A DNA stretch of 43,347 bases from positions 1 through 43,347 of the forward strand of contig CAIMFR010000072.1 in the NCBI GenBank assembly GCA_903840375.1, read 5' to 3'. Shown one piece after another: positions 27,289 to 36,849 of this stretch (position 1 is the stretch's first letter; every line of letters begins with the position of its first letter). This DNA is from Candidatus Adlerbacteria bacterium. Its GTDB lineage: Bacteria > Patescibacteriota > Minisyncoccia > Phycocordibacterales > SBAW01. The position numbers and the translations under genes were made by a program. Under the pieces are notes generated by a model. It searched no databases. It was not told the DNA's origin and was given only the letters and a program-made list of their open reading frames with translations.

Positions 27289-28113
27289 TTATTTTAATTC
27301 TTCCAAAAATCTTTTACCTTCCTCCGGTGTCGGAACTTTTCCGTGCCAGCGATAGTCTCCTTCTATTTCTTTTATCCCTTTGCCGGGGATCGTGTGCGCA
27401 ATAATGACGGTCGGTTTATCTAGGAAAGTTTTCGCTTCATCGACTGCATCGCAAAACTCCTGGATGTTGTGTCCGTCTACTTCAATGACATTCCAATTGA
27501 ATGATTCCCACTTCTCGCGCAACGGCTCAAGCGGCATGACGTGTTCTGTCGTGCCGTCGATCTGTATTTTATTTCGGTCGACTATGGCGGTGAGATTCTG
27601 CAATTTATTATTGCCGGCAAACATGATCGATTCCCAGGTATTACCCTCGTCATGTTCGCCGTCGCTCATGACGCAATACACGCGAAAATCTTTTTTATCC
27701 ATTCGCGCTGCATACGCATAGCCTGCAGCCTGCGCAAGTCCACATCCGAGCGGCCCTGATGTAGTTTCTATGCCGGGCAGACGGTTACGCTCCGGATGCC
27801 CTTGCAGACGTGATCCGAACTTGCGCAGAGTCATACATTCTTCAACAGGAAAATATCCGACATGCGCCAGCGCGGCATATTGCACGGGACAAATGTGTCC
27901 ATTGGACAATAGCAACCTGTCGCGTTCTTCCCATGCGGGTTTTTTAGGATCGTGTTTGAGAATATAAAAGTAGAACACGGCAAAAATATCAGCCATGCCG
28001 AGTGGCCCGGCCGTATGCCCTGAACCTGCCGCGACCAGCATCTCTATTATTGTTTTGCGGATAGCTGCCGCCTTTTGTTCCAGCTCTTTTATTTTTTCAT
28101 CAGTGATGGTCAT
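27289..28113 (-). CDS. tkt: Transketolase, N-terminal subunit (thiamine-diphosphate-binding)
   Basis: 274 aa with the blocks AGSGHTAGPLGMADI, LSNGHICPVQYA and VMSDGEHDEGNTWE (GDG-type TPP motif). Confidence 0.9.
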   Translation of the reverse strand: MTITDEKIKELEQKAAAIRKTIIEMLVAAGSGHTAGPLGMADIFAVFYFYILKHDPKKPAWEERDRLLLSNGHICPVQYAALAHVGYFPVEECMTLRKFGSRLQGHPERNRLPGIETTSGPLGCGLAQAAGYAYAARMDKKDFRVYCVMSDGEHDEGNTWESIMFAGNNKLQNLTAIVDRNKIQIDGTTEHVMPLEPLREKWESFNWNVIEVDGHNIQEFCDAVDEAKTFLDKPTVIIAHTIPGKGIKEIEGDYRWHGKVPTPEEGKRFLEELK

Positions 28114-28808
28114 ACTTGATTTTTATTCGCCGATCTTCGCAATCGATCTATCGAGGCACGCGAATCATCTGCAGTAAATATCACAGAACCGACGACAAGA
28201 CGGCTCGCACCTGCATCCACCAGTGCACGAACATTTTCCAGACTCACTCCACCGTCAACTTGTATCATTGTATCGCAATATGTCTCACGCAACTTGCGCA
28301 CAAGCGCCAATGCACGACTATCAAACGCCTCTCCCTGGAAACCGATACGAGCAATACCCATCACTTGTATAAAATCATAGAGACCGTCAAATGGAGTTAG
28401 CGACTCCGCATCCGCATCGGGCAAGATCGCTATCCCGACAGACACAGGAAAATCATCTTCCTTCCGAGCACTCTGTAACCCGTCGAGTGCTTGCATCGAA
28501 CCTTCTGACTTTGCATGAACAATAATACTCGACGCGCCTGCCAAAATAAGATCGGTCGTTATTTGCTCAGGGTGAACAGCCATCACATCAAATTGAAAAT
28601 CAAATTCCTCCCACAGCGGCAGACCTTCATCACCGGAAATTATTTTTTGGAATGCCTCACGATCTTTATACGGCCATGTCGTATTTTTCGCGAACATACC
28701 GTCAACGATATCTATCTGCACCTCACTTGTCTCTCCACGGACACGCTCAAGCTGCGCTTCAAGATCGCGCAGCGACTTCGGCATTATGGCTGGGATTATT
28801 TCGATCAT
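28110..28808 (-). CDS. rpe: Ribulose-phosphate 3-epimerase-like protein
   Basis: 232 aa with the blocks QIDIVDGMFAKN, FDVMAVHPE, IQVDGGVS and VVGSVIF. It is a divergent form. Its stop overlaps the tkt N-subunit start (ATGA). Confidence 0.72.
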   Translation of the reverse strand: MIEIIPAIMPKSLRDLEAQLERVRGETSEVQIDIVDGMFAKNTTWPYKDREAFQKIISGDEGLPLWEEFDFQFDVMAVHPEQITTDLILAGASSIIVHAKSEGSMQALDGLQSARKEDDFPVSVGIAILPDADAESLTPFDGLYDFIQVMGIARIGFQGEAFDSRALALVRKLRETYCDTMIQVDGGVSLENVRALVDAGASRLVVGSVIFTADDSRASIDRLRRSANKNQV

Positions 28809-28811
28809 AGA

Positions 28812-29264
28812 CTAGTGTAATACGGAATCAAGTTTTACGATGCGACGCGCATGTCTTTCTTCGCCGGAGAACGATGTCGAGAGCCACAAGAGGACGGCAT
28901 ACTGCGCATCTGCATCCGGGACAAACCGCGCGCCGAGCGAGAGGATATTCGCATCATTGTGTTCGCGAGAAAGTTTCAATGTTTCTACATCGCCACCGTA
29001 GAAAACTGCGGCACGCGCGCCTATTATTCTGTTCGCCGCCATCGCCTCACCTTGCCCGGACATTCCTACAACGATGCCGAAATAATCCTTACTTTGAGCC
29101 ACTTTTTCAGCAAGCGGTATGATAAAGTCGGGATAATCATCATGAGGGTCGAACGTGTGCGGACCGGTATCCTCGACCTCGTACCCGTGCTCAGACAAAA
29201 ACTGCGCCAGTGAATTCTTCAGAGCGAAACCTGCGTGATCAGATGCGAGAAATATTTTTTTCAT
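28812..29264 (-). CDS. rpiB: Ribose-5-phosphate isomerase B
   Basis: 150 aa with the blocks MKKIFLASDHAGFALK, GIVVGMSGQGEAMAANR and NILSLGARF. Confidence 0.9.
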   Translation of the reverse strand: MKKIFLASDHAGFALKNSLAQFLSEHGYEVEDTGPHTFDPHDDYPDFIIPLAEKVAQSKDYFGIVVGMSGQGEAMAANRIIGARAAVFYGGDVETLKLSREHNDANILSLGARFVPDADAQYAVLLWLSTSFSGEERHARRIVKLDSVLH

Positions 29265-29285
29265 AAAATTAGTACGTTCATTTGT

Positions 29286-30308
29286 TTATTTTGCGAGATA
29301 CTTTGCCGCCGCTTTCACATGACGAAGCAACGTGTACGTATACCCCATCTCATTGTCGTACCAACCCATCACCTTCACTAAGTTACCGCCGACGACGCGT
29401 GTCATGGAAAGATCCGCCGTCGATCCGTAGCGTGTGCCAACAATATCCGCCGAAACAAGTTGCTCGTATGTCGCCGTGAAGATGCCGTTCCATCGTTCTT
29501 CCTTTGCAGCCGCTTCGAGGATCGCATTCACTTCTTCTGCGGTCGTATCTCGCTTCGCAATAAATGTTATGTCTACTATCGAGCCGCAGACGACCGGCAC
29601 GCGCATCGCTACGCCATCAAACTTGTCGACAAGCTGTGTGTATGCACGAGTGACCGCGATGGCGGCACCCGTCGATGACGGCACTATATTTTGCGCAGCA
29701 GCACGACCTCGACGCATGTCACCCTTCGCCGGCGAGTCAACAATGGATTGCGTCGCCGTGTACGCATGCACTGTATTCAGCAACGCTTTCTCGATGCCGA
29801 GCTTCTCGTCGAGAATGGCGATGAGCGGACTTGCAGAGTTGGTCGTACATGACGCATTGGAGCTTATGTTGCATGTCTTTAACCTTTCCTCGTTTACTCC
29901 AACCAACACGGTCGCGCCGGTCTCTGTATCTTCACCTCTTGCCGGTGCGGTGATAACAACGCGCTTCGCTCCTGCCGTGATATGCGCGCTCGCTTTGTCA
30001 TAACTGTCGAAGATGCCGGTAGACTCGACGACGATATCGATCTGCATATCCTTCCACGGAAGTTTCGTAGGATCTTTCTCACTGATGAAAGCAACTTCCT
30101 TCCCGCCGATGACAATTTTTCCATCAGTCGTCTCAACACTGAACGGCGCACGACCGGAGACGCTGTCATACCGAAGCAGATACGCGAGGTTCGACACATC
30201 GCCAAGGTCATTCACGGCGACTATTTCTATATCCTCATCATTATACGCAGCACGTACAAAGGATCTCCCGATACGCCCGAACCCGTTTATCGCAATTCGT
30301 GTTTTCAT
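29286..30308 (-). CDS. gap: Type I glyceraldehyde-3-phosphate dehydrogenase
   Basis: 340 aa with the blocks INGFGRIGR, SNASCTTNS (the catalytic Cys) and WYDNEMGY. Confidence 0.95.
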   Translation of the reverse strand: MKTRIAINGFGRIGRSFVRAAYNDEDIEIVAVNDLGDVSNLAYLLRYDSVSGRAPFSVETTDGKIVIGGKEVAFISEKDPTKLPWKDMQIDIVVESTGIFDSYDKASAHITAGAKRVVITAPARGEDTETGATVLVGVNEERLKTCNISSNASCTTNSASPLIAILDEKLGIEKALLNTVHAYTATQSIVDSPAKGDMRRGRAAAQNIVPSSTGAAIAVTRAYTQLVDKFDGVAMRVPVVCGSIVDITFIAKRDTTAEEVNAILEAAAKEERWNGIFTATYEQLVSADIVGTRYGSTADLSMTRVVGGNLVKVMGWYDNEMGYTYTLLRHVKAAAKYLAK

Positions 30309-30344
30309 ATTCTTCTAGAATATCACATCGTTAGAAATAAAAAC

Positions 30345-32210
30345 CTACTGTTGTTTGGAATAAAGGATGCGTGCATCGACGTAGTCCGGCTTCAACACAA
30401 GTGCGCGATATGCAAACGCGCGAACATTTCCGACATCTCCAACCGCCTCGGCAAGCTTTGCCTGCAGGAAGAACGGGAACGGGTTGGAAGGTTCTAGCGC
30501 TATGGCATGCGCATATGCATCGCTGCCCTGTTGCGGCGCACCGGCAACCTTAGCAAGCGCCAACTGCGCATACACATTGCCAAGCACTATCCAATTTAGA
30601 ACATTGGCCGGTTCCATATCGACCGCCTTTCGCGCATTTTTTACCGCAGCTTGCGCGTATATGCCAAAGCCTGCCGCAGATTCTTCTTTCGGCATAGAAG
30701 TATCGACGACCAGCTGTGCCATACGCTCCTGTTGAACTTCTGAAAGCGCTCGATAGTACACGGGCTGCGGAAAAATACTGACCGCTTTCGATATCAATGC
30801 CTGGCTGGCATCAACATTTTGATTCTGCATTACCTGTTCAACACCTCCGTTATAGAGCACCACTGAATAAGTGCGAATGATCAAACATACCAATAAGATC
30901 ACGCATACCGATAACACCATGACTCCGGCAAGCCATGGCTTAGTCTTGGAGACGAGAATGAGTCTGCGAAACTTATCTGTATCAATGGTCCATGCCGTGG
31001 CGATACCACTAACGGCGACGATAGCCACCAGACTGATCATGTTCGGCATATACCCTATGAATGCCAACCATCCGTACATGGCGGCAAAAAAACTCACGCA
31101 CAACAAACACCTATCCTCGGTTTCGTCTAAGGTCACGACTCGCCGCCAACCACTCCGGATGGCGAGCACGAGCATTGCCAATGCTGCGACAATCCCTAGG
31201 ATACCGACTGTAACCGCGACCGAATCATACAGACCGACGCCTTGCGTGTAGGTCATATTCCACAGCGGAGTTTTGTTCACGGACACAGGCTTGTAAAGTT
31301 CCCACGCCTGCGCATACGTGTTCGGACCGGTTCCGACAAAAGCCCTAATAGGGCTGGCTCTATATGATGCCGCGACAACCGCAACCGCATCTGAGAATTG
31401 CGGAGATACAGGCATGCCGGCTGACATACGTGGAAATGGAATACTGTTTCCGCAGAAAAAGAGTAGCAACGAAGCGATGCCGACGGCACAAAACAAACCA
31501 GCAGAAGAACGGTGATGCGCGCGGAATCGCTCGATACACATCAGTATTGCGACTATACCTACTGAGCACCAAACAAATGTGACCGGCGCGAATAAAAGAA
31601 AGGTAGCGCACAACAAGGTTGATACAGTGCAGGCAAAACGGCCGATGGGGTTAAGTGAAAAATATTTTGGAAGTGCGAGCGACAGAACTAACGCAAATCC
31701 CGCCATGAATGTTACATCGGACATCGACGATATGCCGGCCGCTTCATGCGCGACAACAGATCGAAGTATGGCTATGAACAAATCCGCAACAACGACCAGT
31801 GTTGTGGTCGCCATCATTGCAAACAAAATCGCTCTGACTCGTAAACCGTTACGCAGCCACACGATGGATAACCAAAAAAGCGCCAAGAGCGCAAGTACTG
31901 ATGCAACTGTTCCAGCTTCCAGATCAAAACCGTCAAATGAAAAACGTCGCGAGATGGAGAAAAGAGTCGAGATCAAGAATATAGCAGCAACGAGCGCCGG
32001 AAATATGACCGGCTTGGCATATACAATACGCAACCCGCCGGCGAACAATGCAACATAACCAACCACAATACCGCACAGTACGAGGAGCACATAGAAATAT
32101 GCAGTACTAAACAAAGAAGAAAATACCGTAAGGAACGGCATGAGGAAAAACGGCATTATTCCAATTGCCAAAGTATAAAAAAGCTTAAGATGATGTTGTC
32201 TTGTAATCAT
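30345..32210 (-). CDS. Polytopic membrane protein, O-antigen ligase/polymerase-like (Wzy_C-type), with C-terminal TPR repeats
   Basis: 621 aa with at least 10 predicted TM segments. A large loop carries FVGTGPNTYAQAW, which resembles the G-x-G-x-G-x-F loop of Wzy_C proteins. The C-terminal ~170 aa has TPR-like repeats (NWIVLGNVYAQLA, AYAHAIALEPSN, AYRALVLKPDY). Confidence 0.55.
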   Translation of the reverse strand: MITRQHHLKLFYTLAIGIMPFFLMPFLTVFSSLFSTAYFYVLLVLCGIVVGYVALFAGGLRIVYAKPVIFPALVAAIFLISTLFSISRRFSFDGFDLEAGTVASVLALLALFWLSIVWLRNGLRVRAILFAMMATTTLVVVADLFIAILRSVVAHEAAGISSMSDVTFMAGFALVLSLALPKYFSLNPIGRFACTVSTLLCATFLLFAPVTFVWCSVGIVAILMCIERFRAHHRSSAGLFCAVGIASLLLFFCGNSIPFPRMSAGMPVSPQFSDAVAVVAASYRASPIRAFVGTGPNTYAQAWELYKPVSVNKTPLWNMTYTQGVGLYDSVAVTVGILGIVAALAMLVLAIRSGWRRVVTLDETEDRCLLCVSFFAAMYGWLAFIGYMPNMISLVAIVAVSGIATAWTIDTDKFRRLILVSKTKPWLAGVMVLSVCVILLVCLIIRTYSVVLYNGGVEQVMQNQNVDASQALISKAVSIFPQPVYYRALSEVQQERMAQLVVDTSMPKEESAAGFGIYAQAAVKNARKAVDMEPANVLNWIVLGNVYAQLALAKVAGAPQQGSDAYAHAIALEPSNPFPFFLQAKLAEAVGDVGNVRAFAYRALVLKPDYVDARILYSKQQ

Positions 32211-32224
32211 TGCTGTAACTCTGT

Positions 32225-33475
32225 CTATTGTGCAGCATCGACCGGGGGTGTGCTAGACGAATCTGCAGGGGCGACAGGAGACACGTCGGTCGGCGCAGAT
32301 GGATCTGCGGGAGTGATCGCGTCTGTGGTCGGAGATGTATCTGTGGAAGTAGTAGCGGGAGAACTCGTGTCCGGCGGAGCCGTAGGAACCACAGAATCCG
32401 GCGTCGATGACGATGACGAAATATTGTCTGCCTGAGGAACAATCGGAGTCGTTGCAGGAGTGGAAGTATCAGCCGGGGTCTCGGGCACCGCGACTGTCGG
32501 CAAAACAGGTACGGCGATCGGTATCGTCGACGGGTCAATCGGCGGACCCTTTAGGGGGTCATAAACAATGACCGTGCGTTTAGCAACGGAAGTATTGCCA
32601 GCATGATCGACCGCAGTGTACGTTATGGTGAATTGCCCCGGTTTCGATGTATCAATGGAACCTGTTCCCTGTGTGCTGTAATTTACATCCCGAGTTATGT
32701 TGTCGGTCACAAATGCTCCAAGGTCCATATAGGTTGAACCGACCGGTATCTGTGCCGGATTCTTTCCGAGGATCTGTATCGTCGGTGCGATCGAGTCGCC
32801 GCCTTTGCCTGTTACGGTGGTCGCGACGCCGTCGCCGGCAATACCGCCGGAGGATGGCGATACGCCCGGCGTACCTGATACTCCTGTGGCACTGCCGCCG
32901 TCATCGGGCACTATCGTCGCAGGCTGCGCGACGACCGGAACATAACCCGGCAAGATACTTTCCTTCGAATCAAGGAACTTGCCGACAAGACCTCCGTATA
33001 CGGTCGCGACTACAGCCTGGCTCACACCGCTCTTCCGCTCAATATCCTGCACACGTTGCAGGTACGAGAGCTGCCAGTTCATGACATCCTTAAGCTGCCT
33101 TGTCACATAAAGACCAAGATCCTGCCCTGCAAGGACGTTCTTTGGCACGGTGATGCTATTTAGTTCGGCAACTTGCTGCCAAACATACTCTTTCAGATCA
33201 ATAGTGGTCAACTTATACGCAACGTAATAATTATCGTTATCTTCGGTTACTCCTGTTATTTGTATCTTAGGCGCGTATGTCGATAAGTCGACATTTACTA
33301 TGTATGAATTATCCACAGACTTTATCGTCTGTTGCGTAGACAAAACAGCGTTGGAAACATCAGCACGAACCTCGGGACTCGCGGCTAAAGCGCCGCTGCA
33401 GGACAAAAAAAGCAAAGCAACGCCTATCGAAACGGCGTTATTATATTTTATAAAGTCGAGAAATTTTCCTCCCAT
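32225..33475 (-). CDS. Surface protein with a signal anchor, an Ig-like (DUF5011-type) domain and a Ser/Thr/Pro-rich C-terminal tail
   Basis: 416 aa with an N-terminal hydrophobic segment (AVSIGVALLFLSCSGALA). APTIQILGKNPAQIPVGSTYMDLGAFVTDN...FTITYTAVDHAGNTSVAKRTVIVYD is the classic DUF5011 pattern. The last ~110 aa are low-complexity (DTSTPATTP, DTSSPATTSTDTSPTTD, PADPSAPTDVSPVAPADSSSTPP). Confidence 0.65.
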   Translation of the reverse strand: MGGKFLDFIKYNNAVSIGVALLFLSCSGALAASPEVRADVSNAVLSTQQTIKSVDNSYIVNVDLSTYAPKIQITGVTEDNDNYYVAYKLTTIDLKEYVWQQVAELNSITVPKNVLAGQDLGLYVTRQLKDVMNWQLSYLQRVQDIERKSGVSQAVVATVYGGLVGKFLDSKESILPGYVPVVAQPATIVPDDGGSATGVSGTPGVSPSSGGIAGDGVATTVTGKGGDSIAPTIQILGKNPAQIPVGSTYMDLGAFVTDNITRDVNYSTQGTGSIDTSKPGQFTITYTAVDHAGNTSVAKRTVIVYDPLKGPPIDPSTIPIAVPVLPTVAVPETPADTSTPATTPIVPQADNISSSSSTPDSVVPTAPPDTSSPATTSTDTSPTTDAITPADPSAPTDVSPVAPADSSSTPPVDAAQ

Positions 33476-33507
33476 ACCTCAAAATATAATACCACGCTTT
33501 TTCTACA

Positions 33508-34332
33508 CTATTGCGCGCGTGGCCATGTCGGATGCCAAAATTCCCCGCCCTGATACTGTCTGTACAGATCATCCCCGAGCACCTTTGCCGCATCCTGCGA
33601 TATCTTGCCGAGCACCGGACGGATCTTGTGCATGCCGGGCATGTTATACGCTGACATATCATCTTCCTGCACCGTATTAGTGATGCCGGTAAAATTATGC
33701 GCAAATGTCGGCATATCGAAAAATGAATACACGCGTGCAAGCTCTCGCGCAGGGTCATTCACAAGGTCGTCATACTCCACAAAAAGAATATTCTGTGGAT
33801 AGCGTATAAAGCCGTCGTGCAACACCGACCACGACTGAAAGACATGTCCGTCCTTACTCATCAGCAACCTACAGCGATTGCTATCGTTCAGCGGCTCACC
33901 AAGTGAAATGAGGCTTTGGTCGATAAAAGAGACGGTATCCGGATTCTTCCGAACCAACGCGATGAATGATGCGAGAATGTCTGCGATCGACCGAACCGTG
34001 CACACCAGCTTTGGCATCTCGCCGAGCGCCAGTGTGAGCCTATCCTGATTGACGGGGTTCGGCCACGCGCGGTTTTTATCAAAAATAAAAGGCTTGTCGA
34101 TGTGTGCGTAAAATCCTTCAACAATGCCGCGCAAAACGGACTCTATTTGCCCGGGGACTGCATACGCCTTCACATGTTCTGCTGTGTCCCACATCTCCTT
34201 CGTACCATGCACCAGTCCGACAAGCGGAGACGAAGGTGATGCGTAGATGTCCGGGTTCTGGGAAAGAATAGACGCGAGAACAGTGGAGCCGGTACGCGGC
34301 AAACCTGAAAGAAAGTAAAAATGTTTTTTCAT
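33508..34332 (-). CDS. PAPS-dependent sulfotransferase-family protein
   Basis: The start is ATG 34332 and overlaps the upstream stop (ATGA at 34329-34332). The track start at 34353 is TTG. The 5'-phosphosulfate-binding loop GLPRTGST lies at 34282-34305 in the context YFLSGLPRTGSTVLASIL. A downstream block, VRSIADILAS, resembles the 3'-phosphate-binding motif. Confidence 0.75.
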   Translation of the reverse strand: MKKHFYFLSGLPRTGSTVLASILSQNPDIYASPSSPLVGLVHGTKEMWDTAEHVKAYAVPGQIESVLRGIVEGFYAHIDKPFIFDKNRAWPNPVNQDRLTLALGEMPKLVCTVRSIADILASFIALVRKNPDTVSFIDQSLISLGEPLNDSNRCRLLMSKDGHVFQSWSVLHDGFIRYPQNILFVEYDDLVNDPARELARVYSFFDMPTFAHNFTGITNTVQEDDMSAYNMPGMHKIRPVLGKISQDAAKVLGDDLYRQYQGGEFWHPTWPRAQ

Positions 34333-36821
34333 AAGTGGAATACAGTCTTCCAAAATTGTTCCGGACCATATTTCTCTGAAGCTGCCTTGTGGCCGGCGGA
34401 GGCGATGACCGCGCGCTCGTCTTCATGTGCGAGATAATATCGCACCTTCTCCAATAGATCATCTACTGTGGCGAACGAAACATATTCTTTGCCGTCCACG
34501 AATAGCCGCGACGTTTCCGGATTCGATTGTTCGAGAAGCATCGCACCGCACAACATCGTCTCGAACACGCGGCCTTTGAGCTGATGCGTCTCGTGAGATG
34601 AGCGAGAAAAATTGAGCACGATCTTGGACCGGCACAAGACATCGACATATCGCTCGATCGACACGCGTGTGTCCGGTGTATTTCCGCCCAGTATCTCGAC
34701 AGGGACACCTGCATTGCGAAGCGCGTCCAACATGACGCGACGGTCTCGATGTGCACCCTCTATCGTTCCCGCAAAAGATACACCGATGTTGCGAACACTT
34801 CCGACATCACGGAAAAGGCGCGTGTCACACGGAAACCACAAGCTATGGATGCGCGAAGCGACCGACTCGTCATAGCCGTTGATCGCGCTGCAGTGTGCAC
34901 GATATTCGCCGTCATTTCTATCCTGCAACACAACATGCGCACCGGCGGACAGCACACTATCAATAGACGGAAACCACATCGGATCTGTATCGGAAAATTG
35001 CGCAACCACCGGAATTCCAAGCGTCTGAATGATAGATGCGATGACCATGCGTTCCTGCTCGCGCAATCCGTGGTATGCGTAAAGCGCAATAAAATTAGGC
35101 CGTGTCTGCGCACAATAATCAAAAAGCCCCGCAATACCGCCGCGATACTTGTGTACGGTCGCAAGACCGGTCGATTCCAGAGAACCCCATGCGTAATGCT
35201 CGATCACATATTCCTCCGGTACTACACTCACAAAAAGTACGGACGGCCGTGACGTATTCGCCTGCCTCACTACATGCGGTTCTGCATTTGCATCCCACAA
35301 TGCTTGCCAATCTTCATACTGTGGAGGCGTGTCTTGCATGTGGAATGCCAGTGACGGGATCGGAGTAAAGAGTATCACACCTCCTTGTGTCCATATGCGA
35401 TTGATCGTCGTTTCCTCCGTCACGGTCGGGTCAATACCATAACGAGTTAGCGCATCGAAATTGCTGCGAAATTTTCTGAAAGTCGTAGCGTGGACGAGTA
35501 ATGTTCCGGTCGTATGAACATTGGTGCGCCATGGACGTTTTACGCCTGGCACTATTCTGCACTGGTCCATACGCACATAATTGTTCGGATCGTCACAAGG
35601 AGCTACTCCTACTTCAAGTTCGCCCAACTTTGCTCTAAATGCAAAATATGATGATAACATGCCGAAAATTGCTTCCGGATAATGCAGATAATCATCCTCT
35701 ACAAAATAGATAAGATTTTTACACCGATCAGCTTTGCGATATGCCGCCGCAAGCGATGCGCCGTTTCCGGTACTCTCCAAGGCTTCGATCTCTACAGGAT
35801 GCTTTAGTGCCTCTGTTATCTCTCGCATTTTGGAAAGCAGCTCCGGCGACGAATGATCGTCGATGATGTGCAGGGCCAGCGGTTCGGTGCAACGATTCAT
35901 ACTCGCAACGAGTGAACTTATACAGCGCGTGGTAATTTCTCGTTTCGATACAGTAACGAACCTCTTTCCGGCATGCACTGAATGCACTCTATCGCATGTG
36001 CGCAAAATAATATCTAGAACCACCGGCGGCTGCGGTGTCTGCCACCATGCGGGACTTTCTTCGACATCAGAGTAGAGCGGCGGCGGTACTTCGCCGTACT
36101 TCGCATACCATGCAACATCGAATTCTAATGCTTGCTTTTCATCATTCCACCGATACGAACTGGAGCCCATGCGCACATTCTGATATTGTGCTTTCTTTTT
36201 TCCGGAACTGTTCAGCCACGTAAGATGTTTTATGTAAGCTACATCTTCAGGAATATCTAGATGGTTAGAACTTCTTGTCGTGTGCCCGTCGAGATATTGC
36301 AATTCATTGTCCCAACTGAATTTTTCTATCCCGCCATATCGATCGGTCCAAAAAATGCGCGGCGGTCGAAAGCCCTTGATCCAATGCTTGCCGTCGAAAA
36401 TATAATTCTTGAAATGTATCCGGTAGAGATCCGGTAGAGGATTCGCCAATACAAAGTCAATTATTTTTTTTATAGAATCGACTGTATAAAACTCGTCGCC
36501 GTCGAGGATCCAAATGCAATCTACACCTGCCGCCAGTAGTGCTTGCAGGACAGCCGTCCGCGCTTCCTGCTCCTGCATCGGAACATCTGACGCCTTATAC
36601 CAATCAAAAACATCTTTATTCTCCGCGAGGCTATTCCTCGTCTCATCGTCGTCATTTTTATAGCCAAGCGTTGCATACTCGGCAAACTGGCAATTCATCG
36701 CGGCAATATACACCTCGTGTCCCAACTCCGGCGCGATCTTCTTAAACTCGCGCCACGGTGCCAATACATCCGGCAAAGTCTCCGCGCAACCATAGAATAA
36801 CCCTACGATGCCTATCTTCAT
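34329..36821 (-). CDS. Three-domain glycosyltransferase: N-terminal GT-A (DGD), central GT-A paralog module (EDD), C-terminal CgeB/Glyco_trans_1_2-like domain
   Basis: 830 aa. Residues 1-255 carry CIWILDGDEFY. Residues ~266-512 (35286-36026) are collinear with the whole protein encoded at 40204-40977. The C-terminal ~300 aa end in the pattern LNFSRSSH...KGRVFETMLCGAMLLEQ...VSFATVDDLLEKVRYYLAHEDER...AGHKAASEKY, typical of CgeB-like GT domains. Confidence 0.7.
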   Translation of the reverse strand: MKIGIVGLFYGCAETLPDVLAPWREFKKIAPELGHEVYIAAMNCQFAEYATLGYKNDDDETRNSLAENKDVFDWYKASDVPMQEQEARTAVLQALLAAGVDCIWILDGDEFYTVDSIKKIIDFVLANPLPDLYRIHFKNYIFDGKHWIKGFRPPRIFWTDRYGGIEKFSWDNELQYLDGHTTRSSNHLDIPEDVAYIKHLTWLNSSGKKKAQYQNVRMGSSSYRWNDEKQALEFDVAWYAKYGEVPPPLYSDVEESPAWWQTPQPPVVLDIILRTCDRVHSVHAGKRFVTVSKREITTRCISSLVASMNRCTEPLALHIIDDHSSPELLSKMREITEALKHPVEIEALESTGNGASLAAAYRKADRCKNLIYFVEDDYLHYPEAIFGMLSSYFAFRAKLGELEVGVAPCDDPNNYVRMDQCRIVPGVKRPWRTNVHTTGTLLVHATTFRKFRSNFDALTRYGIDPTVTEETTINRIWTQGGVILFTPIPSLAFHMQDTPPQYEDWQALWDANAEPHVVRQANTSRPSVLFVSVVPEEYVIEHYAWGSLESTGLATVHKYRGGIAGLFDYCAQTRPNFIALYAYHGLREQERMVIASIIQTLGIPVVAQFSDTDPMWFPSIDSVLSAGAHVVLQDRNDGEYRAHCSAINGYDESVASRIHSLWFPCDTRLFRDVGSVRNIGVSFAGTIEGAHRDRRVMLDALRNAGVPVEILGGNTPDTRVSIERYVDVLCRSKIVLNFSRSSHETHQLKGRVFETMLCGAMLLEQSNPETSRLFVDGKEYVSFATVDDLLEKVRYYLAHEDERAVIASAGHKAASEKYGPEQFWKTVFHL

Positions 36822-36849
36822 GTTCGCCAGTATACCGCATCGCGGCTAA

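Noticed and set aside
32185-32538. Arg-rich 117-aa ORF and two plus-strand ORFs (32190-32435, 32228-32410) in the same stretch
   Set aside because: These are alternative-frame and antisense readings of the repetitive Ser/Thr/Pro-coding tail of the Ig-like protein. The compositional bias keeps several frames open.
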